DNA of 63,899 nt, filler included, from Collodictyon triciliatum (GCA_043381765.1; 10 parts of 10 records of this genome joined end to end with filler, not necessarily neighbours in it), one strand, 5' to 3'; shown: positions 43,260 through 58,189, numbered from the whole stretch's first letter. Program-made: numbers and translations. The notes: generated by a model not told the origin, from the letters alone.

Positions 43260-44965
43260 TTATTTCTTTCCTTTGCCCTTCGATTGCGCGGGCTTGGAAG
43301 CCACTTTCTCATCGACCACTTTGCGCTTGCGGAAAATCGTATCATAATCCGAGCCGTAGCGGAGAACCCACGGATTTACTCCGGAGGGTTCGGCTACCAA
43401 TACTTCAGGAACCGGGCCATGGACTTCTGGGATGTATGTTGGGAAAGGCGGCTCCTTCTTGAGGACTTTAGCAAACTGAGACTGCTTGCGAACTGCATCT
43501 GTAATCCGCAAATATCCCTTTTTGTTTCCTGGCACGCCACCCTTGAGATAAAGCAGGTTGTTTTTCGTGTCGATCTTGTAGACCTGGAGAGACAAAATAA
43601 CTCATCAAGGCCGCCTATCAGATTGAAAAATCGACAGGGGAGTCTTAAAAGAAATAGTAGAATGCTTGTAGTACCATCAAACTTTGAACTGTGCGGCGCT
43701 TATTTCCCATTCGGCCAGCCATTTTTTTGTTCTTCCACACTCGCCCGGGGTCCTGTCGATTACCGATGGATCCTGGGGAACGATGGGCCAAGGACACACC
43801 ATGACTTGCAGGCAGACCGCCAAAGCCCCAACGCTTCATCACACCAGCAGTCATCTTACCCTTACTGATTGATTAGCATATATTATGCCAACGAAATGAT
43901 TACGAGTACTTCAAGAGTGTGTGTTCTTTCTTCTCATTCTTTGGTTTAATGCATGCGTAGGAACTTGTCAACAACATATCTATGCTTTGATATAGAAAGG
44001 GTTGACAGGAAAAAAATCGATGGTTACTTGAATCCAGTCACATCCACAAATTGGCCTGGGACGAAATGCGCCACACTGATTTCAGTTCCTATAAATACAT
44101 ACGGAATAGAATCTCAACCATGAGATAACAATCACACACACAAGATTAAATCATACCTATGTAATGGATAAAATTAGATCACATTATCATAAATCACTGA
44201 ATAAATTGAAATAAAACCTATGGGCACAAATGCGTCTGGGCTGACGTGAAACTCCTGGACGTTGCGTTTTGGGTCGACCCCAGCGTCAAAGAAATGGCCC
44301 AACATGGGTTTCGTGGTGTTTGGAATTTTGCGTGTGCCAACGCCCAGCTGAAGGGCATTGTATCCATCAGACTCGACTGTCTTTTGTTGCAGCACTTGGC
44401 ACTTCTCCACCTATACGAAACCATGGACGTAAAGTGATATTCATATCGGTATAAAAAAACAAAATACCAAAACATGTCGATTAAAACGGGCAAGTCAGTC
44501 TCGGGAATTATCCAAGACAATACATGAAATCCAGGATAAGTCGAGGGTATAGATACCTTTAAGATAGTCAGCGGAAGGAGGACGTGTCTCGCATCAAGCT
44601 CGGATATCATACCAACCTTCTCTGCAAGTATTCCGACGCGGAGGGATTTTGGGGTAAACGAAGCAGCTTTGAGCTGATTAAAAAAAAAAAGGGAAAATAA
44701 TAATCACAGAAAAAAATCGTTTCAGATTAAATTAGTTTGATTGCATAAAAGAGTTTAAATGAAGATATGAGTCAAATAATGAGAATGATATGAAACCAAA
44801 CCAAAATAAAAAGAAAATAAATAAAAGGGGGTATCAAGCAACCTCGGTGGTGGCAACATTATGAGCGAGTCGCCTTGGAAAAGAGTTGCGAACCGGCGCT
44901 TTGCATAATGCAGAGAACGATTGAGCAAAGCGGCCGAACATGCTGGGTATGCCGCCTCTGAGCAT
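43260..44965 (-). CDS. MRPL3: Mitochondrial ribosomal protein uL3m, multi-exon
   Basis: Arg-rich presequence, [56 protein letters not shown] and [10 protein letters not shown]. Confidence 0.93.
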
Positions 44966-46009
44966 ATTCACAAAATCGTGAGTGAAACTACTTTGAGGCA
45001 TTTGGAAAGCGTAGGGGCACTCGATTAAAGACTATAATGTTCTTTGCCATGATTTCGAGTCGCCGCCAATCAGTACCACAATAATTATTACCAATGTTTC
45101 AAAAAGAAGGAAGAAAAGAATCCAGAGAAACTTCAGGCCAACTAGAAATGACTGTCCAAGAAAAGTGACTTGCCGCTGGCAATAGCCCCCGATTATCAGG
45201 AAAAGCAGCCACGACACCCCACAAGAACGGTTACCCGTAAGCCATTCCCAACCATATAGAGCTTGCTTCATCTATGGACAAACTCGTATCTTTACTGAAC
45301 TCTTCGTTCTTGGAGAAGCCATTCTGTTTTCTTGAGCTTTGCGCCGAGACAAATACTTTGGATTCATAGAACTCGCGACCTGAAATCTCAACTCCCCAGA
45401 TTCATTTTCCTGATTAAAAGTTTACCCATTTAACTACATTACTATTTATACATTTATGGAAAATAATATTAACAGGAAGTTACACCACAAGTCCCGCGGG
45501 TTGCCCTAGTTGAGCCCACCAAGATCCATACAAAATCGATCCAGACCACAATCAAGGAGGTAGAATAATAAGAAAAGTAAGTATAAACCAAAAAAAAACA
45601 CAAAAGAAAACAAAGGCAGCCCCCCAGGTACCCCCAATCACATTATCTTTGGCCTAATTATTTTTCTACTCGCTTTTGCTTTTTAAAGTGTTTTATTTGA
45701 ACTTCAATTGTTTGGTTTTTCTTCGTCCAGAAATGATGCAAATGCAATCTTTGGGAGATACTCTGGAGAAATATGTGATTCACGGAGCCATTTAACAAAG
45801 AGGTTTTGTATTGTTATCTGATTAGCTGCGCCGAGCTTCAGAAGCAACCTGCGCGTAATTTCTGGTAAGTCCGGAGGGATGGCAATTGTGGTGCTCACTT
45901 CCTCCGTAGAATCAGATGGAGCAGGCCGGTTCTAATTCAGTGAATGGATCTGGGTCTTAGTTTGAGAGACATAGCTTTAAATAACACCTAAGCTCAGGAT
46001 ACAAGAGCG

Positions 46010-46128
46010 GGTTGGTTGGTAGTTGGTAGGTAGGTAGGTAGTTGGTTGGTTGGTAGGTAGGTAGGTAGGTAGGTAGGTAGGTAGGTAGGTAGGTAGGTAG
46101 GTAGGTAGGTAGGTAGGTAGGTAGGTAG

Positions 46129-46163
<35 letters not shown>
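46010..46163. repeat. (GGTA)n/(GTA)n microsatellite at contig end
   Basis: Direct reading. Confidence 0.9.
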
Positions 46164-46263
46164 NNNNNNNNNNNNNNNNNNNNNNNNNNNNNNNNNNNNN
46201 NNNNNNNTTAATTAATTAANNNNNNNNNNNNNNNNNNNNNNNNNNNNNNNNNNNNNNNNNNNN

Positions 46264-46296
<33 letters not shown>

Positions 46297-46417
46297 AAAA
46301 AAAACCAAAAAAAACCAAAAAAAACCAAAAAAAACCAAAAAAAACCAAAAACAAAAAAATGAACAAAATCTTCATGCATAGTTTTATCGTTAAAATCCGT
46401 ACCCAAATCAGATTGAG

Positions 46418-49400
46418 ATGGATGTTCGTCCTATTTCGATGCTGGGAAACAAAGGATTCGGAACCAATTCAAGCACAGGTATTGCATCTAATGCCAATCA
46501 GAATAGGCCTCAACTAGGTGATAAAAGGGATAAGGATGCACCAGAAGCTGAAGAAAGTGTACCTAGAGGAAGAGATATGGTTCCATTCACTTCTCTTTTC
46601 AGATTTGCAGATAAGTTGGACTATGCATACATGGTAAGCACATGTTTCGCACAACAATAAATGTGGGTTGCATATGTTCTAATATCATTTTCTTCATAAG
46701 CCAAAATTGATGAAATATTCTGACCGACGAACTGTTAAACATAGATTATAGGTTCTATGTGTGCCGTAGCAAATGGAGCTGTCTTACCATTATTTTCAAT
46801 TATATTCGGAGAACTTATAGATAGTTTGAGTTACTCCCAAGATGAAGTGCTGGACAAGGTTAAGAAAAAAAATCATAAAGGGATACCTATACCAAGGCAG
46901 AGATTCAATATTTGACAATGATAATTTTTATCAAACCATTTTCGAGAGCTTGCGTTGATTAAGACTTTTCCTTGCATTAACATTGTGGGTGTTATTTTTA
47001 AGGTCCAAGAAGTTGCTTTGATATTCGCTGTGGTTGCTACCGGCACGATATTTGTTGCATATGCCGAAGTTGCCTTTTGGATGGCAACAGGAGAGAGACA
47101 GGCGATCAGATATAGGTGACAAATAAAATTTGAGAATTCGCCTCAACTAATTTAAATGTATTCGAATAACTTTGGTCAAGGAATTGTTATTTCGTTTTGA
47201 AAATGCAGGGAGGAGTATTTTAAGGCAATAATTCGCCAAGATATGAGTTGGTTTGATGGTCAAAAGACCGAAGAGTTGACATCAGGACTATCGAGGTATA
47301 TGAAATTCAATATTGTGCCGCATAGAGTATTCCTGAAAATTTTATACTGAATTCATAATAATCAATAGTGATATCATGGACATCCAGGAAGCCATAGGAG
47401 ATAAAATTGGAAACATAATACATCATTTTTTCACATTTCTATTTGGATTTATCGTTGCATTTATTCAAGTGATTAAAACCTATCAAAATTTACCATAAAA
47501 TCTCGTATGTATGTATGTATGTATGTATGTATGTATGTATGTATGTATGTATGTATGTATGTATGTATGTATGTATGTATGTATGTATGTATGTATGTAT
47601 GTATGTCTCTTGAAATTTAAAATTGACAATGATGTAGGGCTGGAAGCTTTCTCTTGTGGTTGTTTCAGTTGTCCCACTTCTTGCGCTTTGCGGAGGTATC
47701 TGGACCAAACTATTTGGAGAATTAGCAAAACGATCTCAAATTGCATACGCTGCGGTACCATTTTCTATGTTATGTTTAATCATATCCTCTTATCACCATA
47801 TGATGAGTTTTTGGAGCGTGTGTAATCCATTCTTTATTTTTTCTTAAAGGCTGGTGGGATAGCAGAAGAAGTCATATCTTGCATCCGAACAGTCTCGTCA
47901 TTTTCTGGACAGAGGAAAGCAATCGAAAAATATGATAACAAGCTAAGTGAAACAGAGTCTATTGGAATTAAGAAAGGAGTTTACATTGGAATCAGTCTTG
48001 GGTTGACCATGCTGATTTTGTATGGGTCATACTCTCTTACATTTTGGTTAGTAGTAGTTCATCAGTATTTTACCCCATGTTTTGGCTTTTTTTATAATCA
48101 AAATTTTAATAATAATTTTACTATGATGTGACTAACAACATATTAAAAATGTCACTAAAGGTACGGTGCCGAGTTGATAATTCGAGGAGAAAAGAGTTCC
48201 AGAACAGGAAGACCCATGACAGGCAATATTTTCAATTCGTGAACGATTTATAAACATACTTTTATTGACGTATTGTATAAATTACAGTAAGAACCTACCG
48301 ATATTACGAAAAATACATAGATGACTAATTAAATGTCTTTGTATTTACCTTATTGCGTAGGTGGTGATGTCGTTACGATTTTTTTTTCTGTTTTGAAAGG
48401 TGCCACGGCTATTGGACAAGGCGCACCAAATCTAGTTACCATAGCAAATGGCAGAGTTGCAGCTAAAAAGGTTCACGCCTTGATTGACCGAGTTCCAGGC
48501 ATCAATTCGTCATCTTCTTCTGGACTCAAGTAATGTTGAATTTGATTCGAATCAAAGTCCTTATTTTACTATATCATTCAGAATTTGTATTACCCGTATG
48601 AAAAAAATCATTGTAATTTTTATATAAATTTATGTGAAATAGAAGCCCCATAAAAAACGGTGATATATGTATCCAAGGGGTCAAGTTTCGCTATCCTTCT
48701 CGACCCAATATGCTCGTATTTGATGGACTAAACTTGCACGTTCCTTCTGGACAAAGAATTGCTATTGTTGGAAGTACAGGAAGTGGAAAGAGTAGTATTG
48801 TAAGAAATAATGTCATTAAATTACCAAAAAATTTTTAAAAAATCACATACTATTTTGTAAACGATTATTTATTAAGTATATAGACAGATGAGTGTTTTCA
48901 GTTTAATTTGTATTTTATGATAACGTGTTTGATTTCAATTAAAAAGGTGGCGCTACTGGAGCGATTTTATGACCCTGAGTGTGGAACAATTGCAATTGAC
49001 GGAATAAACATCAAGGATTACAATGTGCAATGGCTAAGAAGACATATTGGACTGGTCAGCCAGGTAGAAAAGCAAATTCAAAGATTTTGAAATGTTCAGG
49101 GCACATTATAATATCCTCGATTATCATTTTTTGAATATATAATTCCTTTTCTAGTAGACGATATAATTTAAGAGGGTTGATAAATTTATAGGAGCCCATA
49201 CTTTTTGTTGGGTCAATCAAGGAAAACATTTTGAATGGGAGGGCGGGTGCAACAGACGTAAATGATATCAAGACCTTATATATTTTTCTCTTCGCAGCAA
49301 ATATTAAAATAAATTAATTAAAGGAGGAAATATTCACTGCTGCAAAGATTGCGAATGCACACGATTTTATCCTACAACTTCCGAAAAAGTTGGCCGAAAT

Positions 49401-52400
49401 ATTTCATATTAAAAAATTGAAATACATAGTAATTTAAATGAAGAATAGAATAACTGCAATAGATAACACATAATTATCCATTAGATATGATACTCAAGTT
49501 GGTGAGAAAGGTGTACAACTCTCTGGAGGACAGAAGCAGAGGATAGCTATAGCAAGGGCTATACTCAAGAATCCTCCAATTCTGTTGCTAGATGAGGCTA
49601 CAAGTGCATTGGATTCTGAAAGCGAAGACTTAGTAATTTTATTCTAATACATCTATTTTAATATTCCTTTTTCATTTTATATGGAATTTTTAAAAAAATT
49701 ATTACATTCTAATTTACATAATGTTGACTTAATTCAATATAGGTCAAAGTAGCTCTCGAAAGCGCCATGGCAAACAGAACTACAATAATAATAGCGCACC
49801 GATTAAGTACTATCCGATACTGCGATAAAATAATTGTATTGAGTAATGGCTCCATTATCGAGTCTGGTCGACACGAGGACTTGATGGCTATGAAGAGGGA
49901 CTATTACAAACTTTTTCTTCAACAAATCAAAACTTCTAATAAACTCAATAGAAGAGATAGTTTTTCATTGGTATAAAATCAAAATCAATCGGCATCCTCT
50001 AATTAATTGATTTTTTGTAAGTTTAAATTATCTAGGGCAATTTACATGGCCTTCCGGTGAATCATTTGCATATGAAAACGATATTGAACCGTGACAAAGA
50101 AAATGTATTCCTCACTATAATTTTCTCAAAAATAATCCGTTATATATCTTCAAGAAAATCCAATATTAATACCCATATTACATCCAGAGCGAAAAATCAG
50201 TAAATTTTAAAGATTTACAAATTGCAAGATTGCTGAATTTGATAAGAAAAGACCTTATCTGGGCCTTATTTGGTCTTGTGAATGCGGCTATTAATGGTTG
50301 TATAACACCAATATTTGCATTGACATTCACTCAGATGGTCAATGCCTTCTACGAAACTACAGACAGCAAAATACGGTTTGATAATTACATTTTAATTTTA
50401 ATATTATTGTAAAATATTTCTGAATTTAATCTGAAGAAAATTAACAAATATAACACAGAGACAGAGCTCAGACATGGGCTATTGTGTTCATCAGTATTGG
50501 TATCGCATCCCTTTTTTTTGAAACCTTTCGAGGCACCTCATTTGGTGTTGTTATTGAGAGACTGAACAGAAACTTGAGACGCATGTGTTTTGCTTCCATT
50601 ATAAATCAAGATATCGGGTTTGTTTGATCATATTCTTGATTCATTATATTCTCTATTTTAAGTAAATTTTTGTCTATTTTTCTGTTCTATTTGTGAGTTC
50701 AAACACATTATCTTGGCAAAATTTATTAGATACTTCGACATGCCGGCTCATAGTACCGGAAAACTTGCCACAAAATTAGCTTCTGAAACGGCTCTTGTCT
50801 CTGGAAATATAATGAGGCTAATATATATATATATATTGAACAAATCAGTCTTAAATTTTATTTTTGTTATATATTATCAAATTTTTATTATTAAATCAAT
50901 TAGAAGCCATAAAATTGAAAATAAATTTAAATAGGTTTCAAATAACTCTTCAAAATCTTGTGGCTATCACGGCATGTTTGTCCATAGCATTTTATTCCGG
51001 GTGGAAGCTTACTTTAGTCATATTATCAATTTCTCCTATAATTATCTCCGCTGGATATATTAAAATGGCATTTATAAGTGGATTTTCGAAAAAAGCAAGA
51101 GAAGCATACGAGGATGCCGGAGAAATAGTCAGCCAAGTGAATGAAATAATATATTCATTCATTTATTTAAAGCTACTTTCAGAACTGTAAAAAATACCTA
51201 TTATGAGTAAGGTGTAAAATTTTCAAATAAAATATTATATTGCATAGTCAATATCAGGAATCAGAACTGTAGCCTCATTCAACTTGGAAGAGCGATTGTT
51301 TCAGGAGTACAAGGTGATTAAACTCACATTTTCATTTTCTTACTAATCAGAGTGGTGTTAATGGACTTGAATCTGACATTATCTTCATTCAATCAGAGTC
51401 GACTTGAGGGCCCTTTGCATTCTGGAATGAAAAAGTCCCACTATAGTGGAATGGGATTTGGATTCTCTCAAGGATTTTTATTCTTTTCTTATTCACTTAC
51501 TTTTTGGTATGTTTTTATTTAAAATATAATTATTCTAAACTTTAATTCCTTACAGTTTCTGAAAGTTTTTCGATGCGTTGAATGGTTTTATATTCATTAT
51601 TAATCAAAAATAACTTTTGCATGTTTATCATTTCCAAGGTACGGGTCAATACTAATCGATAAAGGCGAAATGGAATTTGTCGAAGTCATGAGAGTTATGT
51701 CCGCAATTATCTTCTCTACAAAGATGATAGGTCAGGTATGCTCTCCACTAAAAAAGGATACTCATGATAATATTTTTTGTTAAATGATGTTTTTCTTAAA
51801 TAGTTTTATTTATGTTTTTTCCCAAAGTTTCTTTAATAAATTTCAATCGATTACTAGTTGTCTTCCACTCTTCCAGACCTTGCGAAAACGAAAGTCGCCA
51901 CTCGTGAAATATTCAATATTATTGACACGAAATCCAGCATCGAATCCATATCTTCTGAAGGCATGTGTCCTGAAAGAGTAGTGGGTAATATAAGCTTTAA
52001 TAAGGTCAGCTTTTCGTATCCTTCCCGGACTATAGCTCTTGTTCTAAACAAAGTCAGTTTTACAGTAAGTTTTCAATTTAGAATATTAAAGAAACGATTG
52101 AATATTTTTGAATATAATCAATGAAAAATAATTATTCCACCGAAACAATAAATTATTTGAAATATTTTCTGATTTTAACTATTCCAATAGATTCCGGCTG
52201 GGATGACTGTCGCTCTTGTGGGCAGTAGTGGGAGTGGAAAGAGCAGTGTGGTGTGATATATTGATAACTTTTCATATTTTTTCAGATCAACTATCTATGT
52301 TAAATCACTGTGATTCAATAAATTAATGAAAGCCACATTTAATATTAAATACTAATATATAATATTCACTGTATCTTTTCACAAGATTTCTCTTTTGGAA

Positions 52401-52767
52401 AGGTTCTATCAACCTCAGCAAGGCTCCATAACTCTTGACGGAGTAGACATAAAAAACATCAACACTGAATGGCTTCGTAAGCAAATGGGACTTGTTAGTC
52501 AAGAACCAATTCTATTTGGTTGCAGTGTAAAGGAAAATATTGCATATGGGGTTACATTTGCAACAGACGCTCAGATTGAGGTCAGTGATATAATATTATT
52601 AGTCTAATTTTAATCAAATAAAGGAAAAATTATAAGGCTCATTGAGATTATTAAATTATCTATATATATATATATCTAATCCTCAATCGGAAATAATGAA
52701 TCAATAATAAAGGAAGCAGCTCGAATTGCGAACGCCTACGAATTTATATCACAACTACCCAATAAGT
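46418..52767 (+). CDS. ABCB1: ABCB1/MDR-type full ABC transporter, many introns, 3' truncated
   Basis: [15 protein letters not shown]1; Walker [37 protein letters not shown]2 ([10 protein letters not shown]); second Walker [18 protein letters not shown]. Confidence 0.93.
47505..47606. repeat. (GTAT)n intronic microsatellite
   Basis: Direct reading. Confidence 0.95.
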
Positions 52768-52965
52768 NNNNNNNNNNNNNNNNNNNNNNNNNNNNNNNNN
52801 NNNNNNNNNNNTTAATTAATTAANNNNNNNNNNNNNNNNNNNNNNNNNNNNNNNNNNNNNNNNNNNNGAAAAAAGAAGAGAAAAAAGAAAGGAAAAAAAA
52901 GAAAGGAAAAAAAAAAAAAGGAAAAAAAAAAAAGGAAAAAAAAAAAAAAGAAAAAAAAAAAAAAG

Positions 52966-53010
<45 letters not shown>

Positions 53011-53230
53011 AAAAAAAAAGAAAGGAAAAAAAAAAAGAAAGAAAGGAATTGAAAGAGAGACAAGTTCATGCATTAGCAATCCTGCCCTTGTCAATCTAAA
53101 ATTATTGCTTCTTGATTTCTATTTTCAACGAGTTACATAGTATATAATGGCGAAGATTTTTTCTTTTTTTTTGTATATAATGGCGAAGATATTCATATTT
53201 CTATTTAAATATATATATATATTCGAATAG

Positions 53231-56200
53231 ACTCGGCGGCCAAATCTATCCGAGGCTGAAAAAAGGCAGCTTGCACTCAACATATTTGCAGAGTATATCG
53301 ATACGGGTTCCCCCTATGAGGTCAACATACAACACAATCTACGTTCCGCTATGCAAGCAAAGCTTCAAAATCCAATATCGTTGGACATTTTCGATAAGGC
53401 CCAGGTGACTTTACTTTTGAATCCTTGACAGATGTTCTACTTGCTCCATTTATAATGAGCGAAACACACAGCGTATATTGAAAATTTGAATACCAACAGA
53501 AATATATTTTTTTTCCTCCTTTATTCGATTCAAGCGAAGGAAGGGTTTGTTTTTTTGATTTTTTCTTTAACCAACATAAATATCTTAATATTTTCAAACA
53601 GAGAGAAGTTCTTCAATTACTGCACAACAATTCGTACGAGCGATTTATAAAGAGCATAGAATATCAGGTAAGAGTATTATTTTTCAATTTACTAGGCTAA
53701 AACGGACTTAGTTCAGGTTCTTTAGCAATTCATATACAATATGTTGAAATCAGGACTTTGTGGAAAAATATAAAACCATGCCGCAATTTTATCTCTTGGA
53801 TTCTGAAAAGAGAAAAAAGGACGAAAAGTACCGATTATTATAGATTTATCATTACAAAGTATTGAATAATGTAGCGACGTAATGATATGTATCGTATCTA
53901 TGAGGGTGATAGTTTAAAACAGAATTCATACAGGATGCGAGAAAAATATAAACTTCCTTCTACCCAACACTTGATTGTGAAATATGCCTGCGCGATGGAT
54001 AACAAAGGAATGCTATTTCACGGCTCCATGGTTCTATCAAATTTGTATATTTGTTTCAACGCTGCGGTATTTGGATTCAAAACAAAAGAGGTTTCTTGTT
54101 GATAGATTTAGATTAAAGTTTTTTCTTTTCGGAGTATGATTATTTAATTCACCACATTTTATGGCAAATTTTTGTATTTCGAGGTATTTTATAACTGGTT
54201 TCTTATTCAATGTGGATGTGTTTTTATGCCTCTTCTAAATACATTTCGTAGGTTATACCTCTTCGGAAAATCACGAATATTGATTTACATTTGGACAACC
54301 CTTCCATTTTTGACTCTGACGGACACATTAAAGTATTCATTTTAGCATAAACCTAAATATGCCAATTATGCCAATATTTAGTTTTGATAACCTTTCCCTT
54401 GCTATTATGTGCCGAGCTAACTGATAATACTTCATAGATAATTTACAAGGATAAAGCATTTATTTTTCGGGCATTCCCATACGTTCAGAGGGTACTTTAT
54501 CTGCTGCTCAATTTGTGTTATCTTTTTGTCTGTTCCTGATAAATTTTCCCGGGAGATTGTTTCATTTCATCCTTTTCTTCTTCTGGCGAATGCGACATTA
54601 TTGAAGAATGATATCTATTAAATAACCACAGTAAAAATTGCAAGTTCCTTACAAACCAATTTTTATTACCTTTTGACAAAATACCTAGGCGTATTTAATG
54701 ATTCGAAAACTACACCACTTCTCTTTGAAAACGCTGGATTCAATCCCCGTAGACGAGCGATTGAATAGTGCTCGAGGAGAGCCAGAAAAAGGTCAACACC
54801 AATAATAATTTTTTTTTATAAATTTTATGCATCATAGGTTTGTTGATTGGGGTAGCTCACTTTTTTTTTTTTGTTGCTTCACTCTTCAACAGATCCATAT
54901 ACGCTGACTGAAAGGGATTGGCTATTATTCCAAGAAGGAGCTAAAGTAATGGCTTTCTCGAAAGACACAGCCATATTAAAACAGGTAGAGTCTTTATCTT
55001 ATAACTAAAATTATGTTGTTTTTATTGAGCTTTTTTTTTTTTTTTGAAAAGTAGTTCCATGCGCTCAACGATTTTCTTAATGTACTCTCAGGGTGACAAA
55101 TGTAGAAACTTGTATCAAATCGCCAGAGGGCGTGTACGAGTAGAGAAAGGCGGAGAAATACTTAGGACAATGGATGAAGGTAATATTTTGGCTCGTTCAT
55201 ACATCTTATACCTAAAGGCATACTGAAATTTACATAACACATTTTTCTGATACTTAGGCTTTCATTACGTGGTTTTCTTTTACACAGGTCAGTTCTTTGG
55301 TGAGATATCCTTTCTCGAGGGTGTGCCTGCGAGTGCCACTGTCCTGGCTGATGAAAATCCTACATCAGTTTATATCATCGACGGACAGTTCATTGAAAGT
55401 GATTGGAAATGAGAAAATATCTAGTTATTATTACGCTTTGTAGACATTCAAAAGTCGGACTTTTTTTTTTTTTTTGCATGGTTTGAGTATACATCTTAAA
55501 GATATTGACATTTCCTGATTGCATGCAGAGCTATTCAAGATTCAGCCGACTTTGACAGGTCGATTCTACAATTTTCTTGCCACACAGCTTTCTGATCGGC
55601 TGAGAAATAGGAAAGTAAGTGTCAGCGTGTACCATCCCAGAGTATCCCATGTAAACATAAGTCCTTTACAATCATTCAGCAACGCCTGAAATTTTCTACA
55701 TGGATATTCTAATTGAACTTATCCTTGACTGCTTTTTTTTTTTAAGGTATCTGTGGCGAGTATCCCAGCCGAGCATTTCCACTTTATGGCAGCGGATCGA
55801 TTCCAAAAAATGCTCAACTTCGGAAAGGAAGAAGACTTGATATTATGTTTGTATAGAAAATTACATGTCCTCATGTAGCCTTTTTTTCTTCTTCTATTTA
55901 CCATCGTCGCATCTAACTATCATTATTTTTATTTTTACTTTTAATAAATTATTTCCCTCATTACTCATTCATTAGCGATTCCGTGTTCCTTGGAAAAATT
56001 CATACGCCAAACTGGATATCTTTATGTCTCCACAAATTATCTATCCTTCTCTGCTCAAATTATCGGCATGAAGACAAAGGTTCGCTTCGCTTGATTACAA
56101 AATCACACCATCATATCTTAGAATCGAATAAAGGGAAAGAAAAATTTATACCACCTTTCGATAAAACGGACACTTTTTAAATCTAAAACTCAAAACTATC

Positions 56201-57860
56201 AAAAATGGCAAATTACCTCAGTTTTTTTTCTCTCATGAATTTTTTTCCTTTATTCGATTCAAAACTGCTCTTTTTTCTCTCAGGAAATATTGCCCATGAA
56301 GTCGATCTCCACGATAACGGCCAACGAGTCAACCATCGAAGTAACTACAGAAGACGACCGAGAAGTACTTTATTATTGATTTCATTATCATTATTTCGTC
56401 CTCGTCCATCTTTTCCACAATTATTTTCATATTCAGGAAGAGGGTTACCTTGCATGAGAAATATATTCCCCATCCCATTCTGGGTTTCCCTCTCTTTTCT
56501 TCATGTAATTTATGCGATGACATTGGTGACTCTGGGTTGTCTCTTTCATATCCATAGTACATCTTTACAAATATGGAGAACGTGAAGGAAGCCTACGAAA
56601 AAATATTGGGTGCGTGGAGGGTTATCAAGGTAGTGATTTATATATTATTGATGCCATTTTGCAAGAAAAAAAAAGCAACTGTGAATCTACATTTCAATAT
56701 ATTTTCAACCTTTTTACTCAAGCTATTTTATTATCCTCTTTTTCATTTACTGCATCTTACCCCGGTTAATCCTTTTTTTTTTATATTTTTTTTTATCAAT
56801 TTAGAAATAATATCATGTTTTTTTTTTTCAACAAACAAATAAACTCGCAGGAATATATTTGTTTCAGCGATATTTGCAACAGCACACTAACCAAGCCATG
56901 CAATTCGACTTTATCACCCAATCACCCATAGGCAAATCGAAATCTAATGCACCGCGGAATTCGCCCCATCGAGCAAGGGAAAAGTGCGTCCAAGGCCGAT
57001 GAAAAAGTCAAGGACAACCTCGAACTGGTGAGCCTCTGAGTCTCATATCTATTCTGATTGTTAAGAAATGCCCCGCCGACGATTCCAAACAGCACTTCTG
57101 CTGCTGTTCCATCCTTTACATCCTTTCCCATCACTCTTTCTCTCCACGAGATGAGCTTGTAAACCACCACCAAAGATTGCCACCTTGTGTTTTCATCAGT
57201 GTGTCACAATTCAATCTAGAATATGAAAGTATTCCACGCTGGTGCAAAACTCGTCACATACTCTCGTGATGACATGATACTGGAGGACGGCAGGTAGAAC
57301 ACATCATCCTCTATACTTTCTTTCTGCATACATGAATCATGAGTCAGGAAAACAGATATGAAAGCACGGCAAAAAAAAAAAAAAAAAACCTCTGAGCAAA
57401 AAACCCCATTTGAAAGCCGCACGCGCTGCCTGTATCAAATCAACAAAGGCCAGGTGCGAGTGCAAAAGGGCATCGGCTCCGAAGCCGTCATCTTCCGTAA
57501 GTTGGGGCCGGGGCAGATTTTCGGGGAGATGTCCTTCTTGGAGCCGATTGCCGCATCAGCTTCCATCGTTGCAGACGAAGTACTTTCACACTTCCCGAGT
57601 GTCGGTTTTGCAGACGAGCATACATAATGTTTATTTGTACTTTTTCCGTCTTCTCTTTTCTTTTCTATTTCTTAATTCATGAAACTGCCGTGCATCCTGT
57701 GCTTTGCTGAATGCAAATCAAATGATGCCGCCAGGACCATGTCGAGGTCTTTGTCATGGAGCGGGCTTATGTGGAATCGCTGCTGCGGATGGACCCCGAA
57801 CTCCCCGGCCGCTTCTACCGCTTCTTGGCCATGAACCTCGCATATCGACTCCGGAAATAA
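53231..57860 (+). CDS. RGS-GRAM-cNMP-GRAM-cNMP multidomain signalling protein, multi-exon, 5' partial
   Basis: RGS: IFAEYIDTGSPYEVNI, IFDKAQ, NSYERFIKS. GRAM: HGSMVLSNLYICF and GYLYVSTNYLSF. cNMP: LYQIARGRVRVE / FFGEISFLEGVPASATV and LYQINKGQVRVQ / IFGEMSFLEPIAASASI. Stop at 57858-57860. Confidence 0.8.
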
Positions 57861-58049
57861 TATTATTGAATGAATAATAAACTAGCAAACTTCTCCTCTC
57901 TCTTTCCGTTCGTTCTATCGCTCCCTTTTCTGGGCACGATTGGAACTTGTCTTTGCTTCGTTTCTCTCGTCTTCGGTTTCGGTCTCGGTTTTGTTTTTGT
58001 TTCTGTCGCTCGTGAGGAACGAACATTCTGGATGAATCGGGCGTAGAAA

Positions 58050-58168
58050 TACCCACAAAACCCCACCAAAAAAAACCCCACCAAAAAAACCCCACCAAAA
58101 ACCCCCCACCAAAAAAACCCCACCAAAAAACCCCACCAAAAAACCCCACCAAAAAACCCCCCACAAAA
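58050..58168. repeat. (AAAAAACCCCACC)n minisatellite just upstream of the UBL gene
   Basis: About nine imperfect units read directly. Confidence 0.9.
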
Positions 58169-58189
58169 CAACTGTTAGGTGATTCACAC

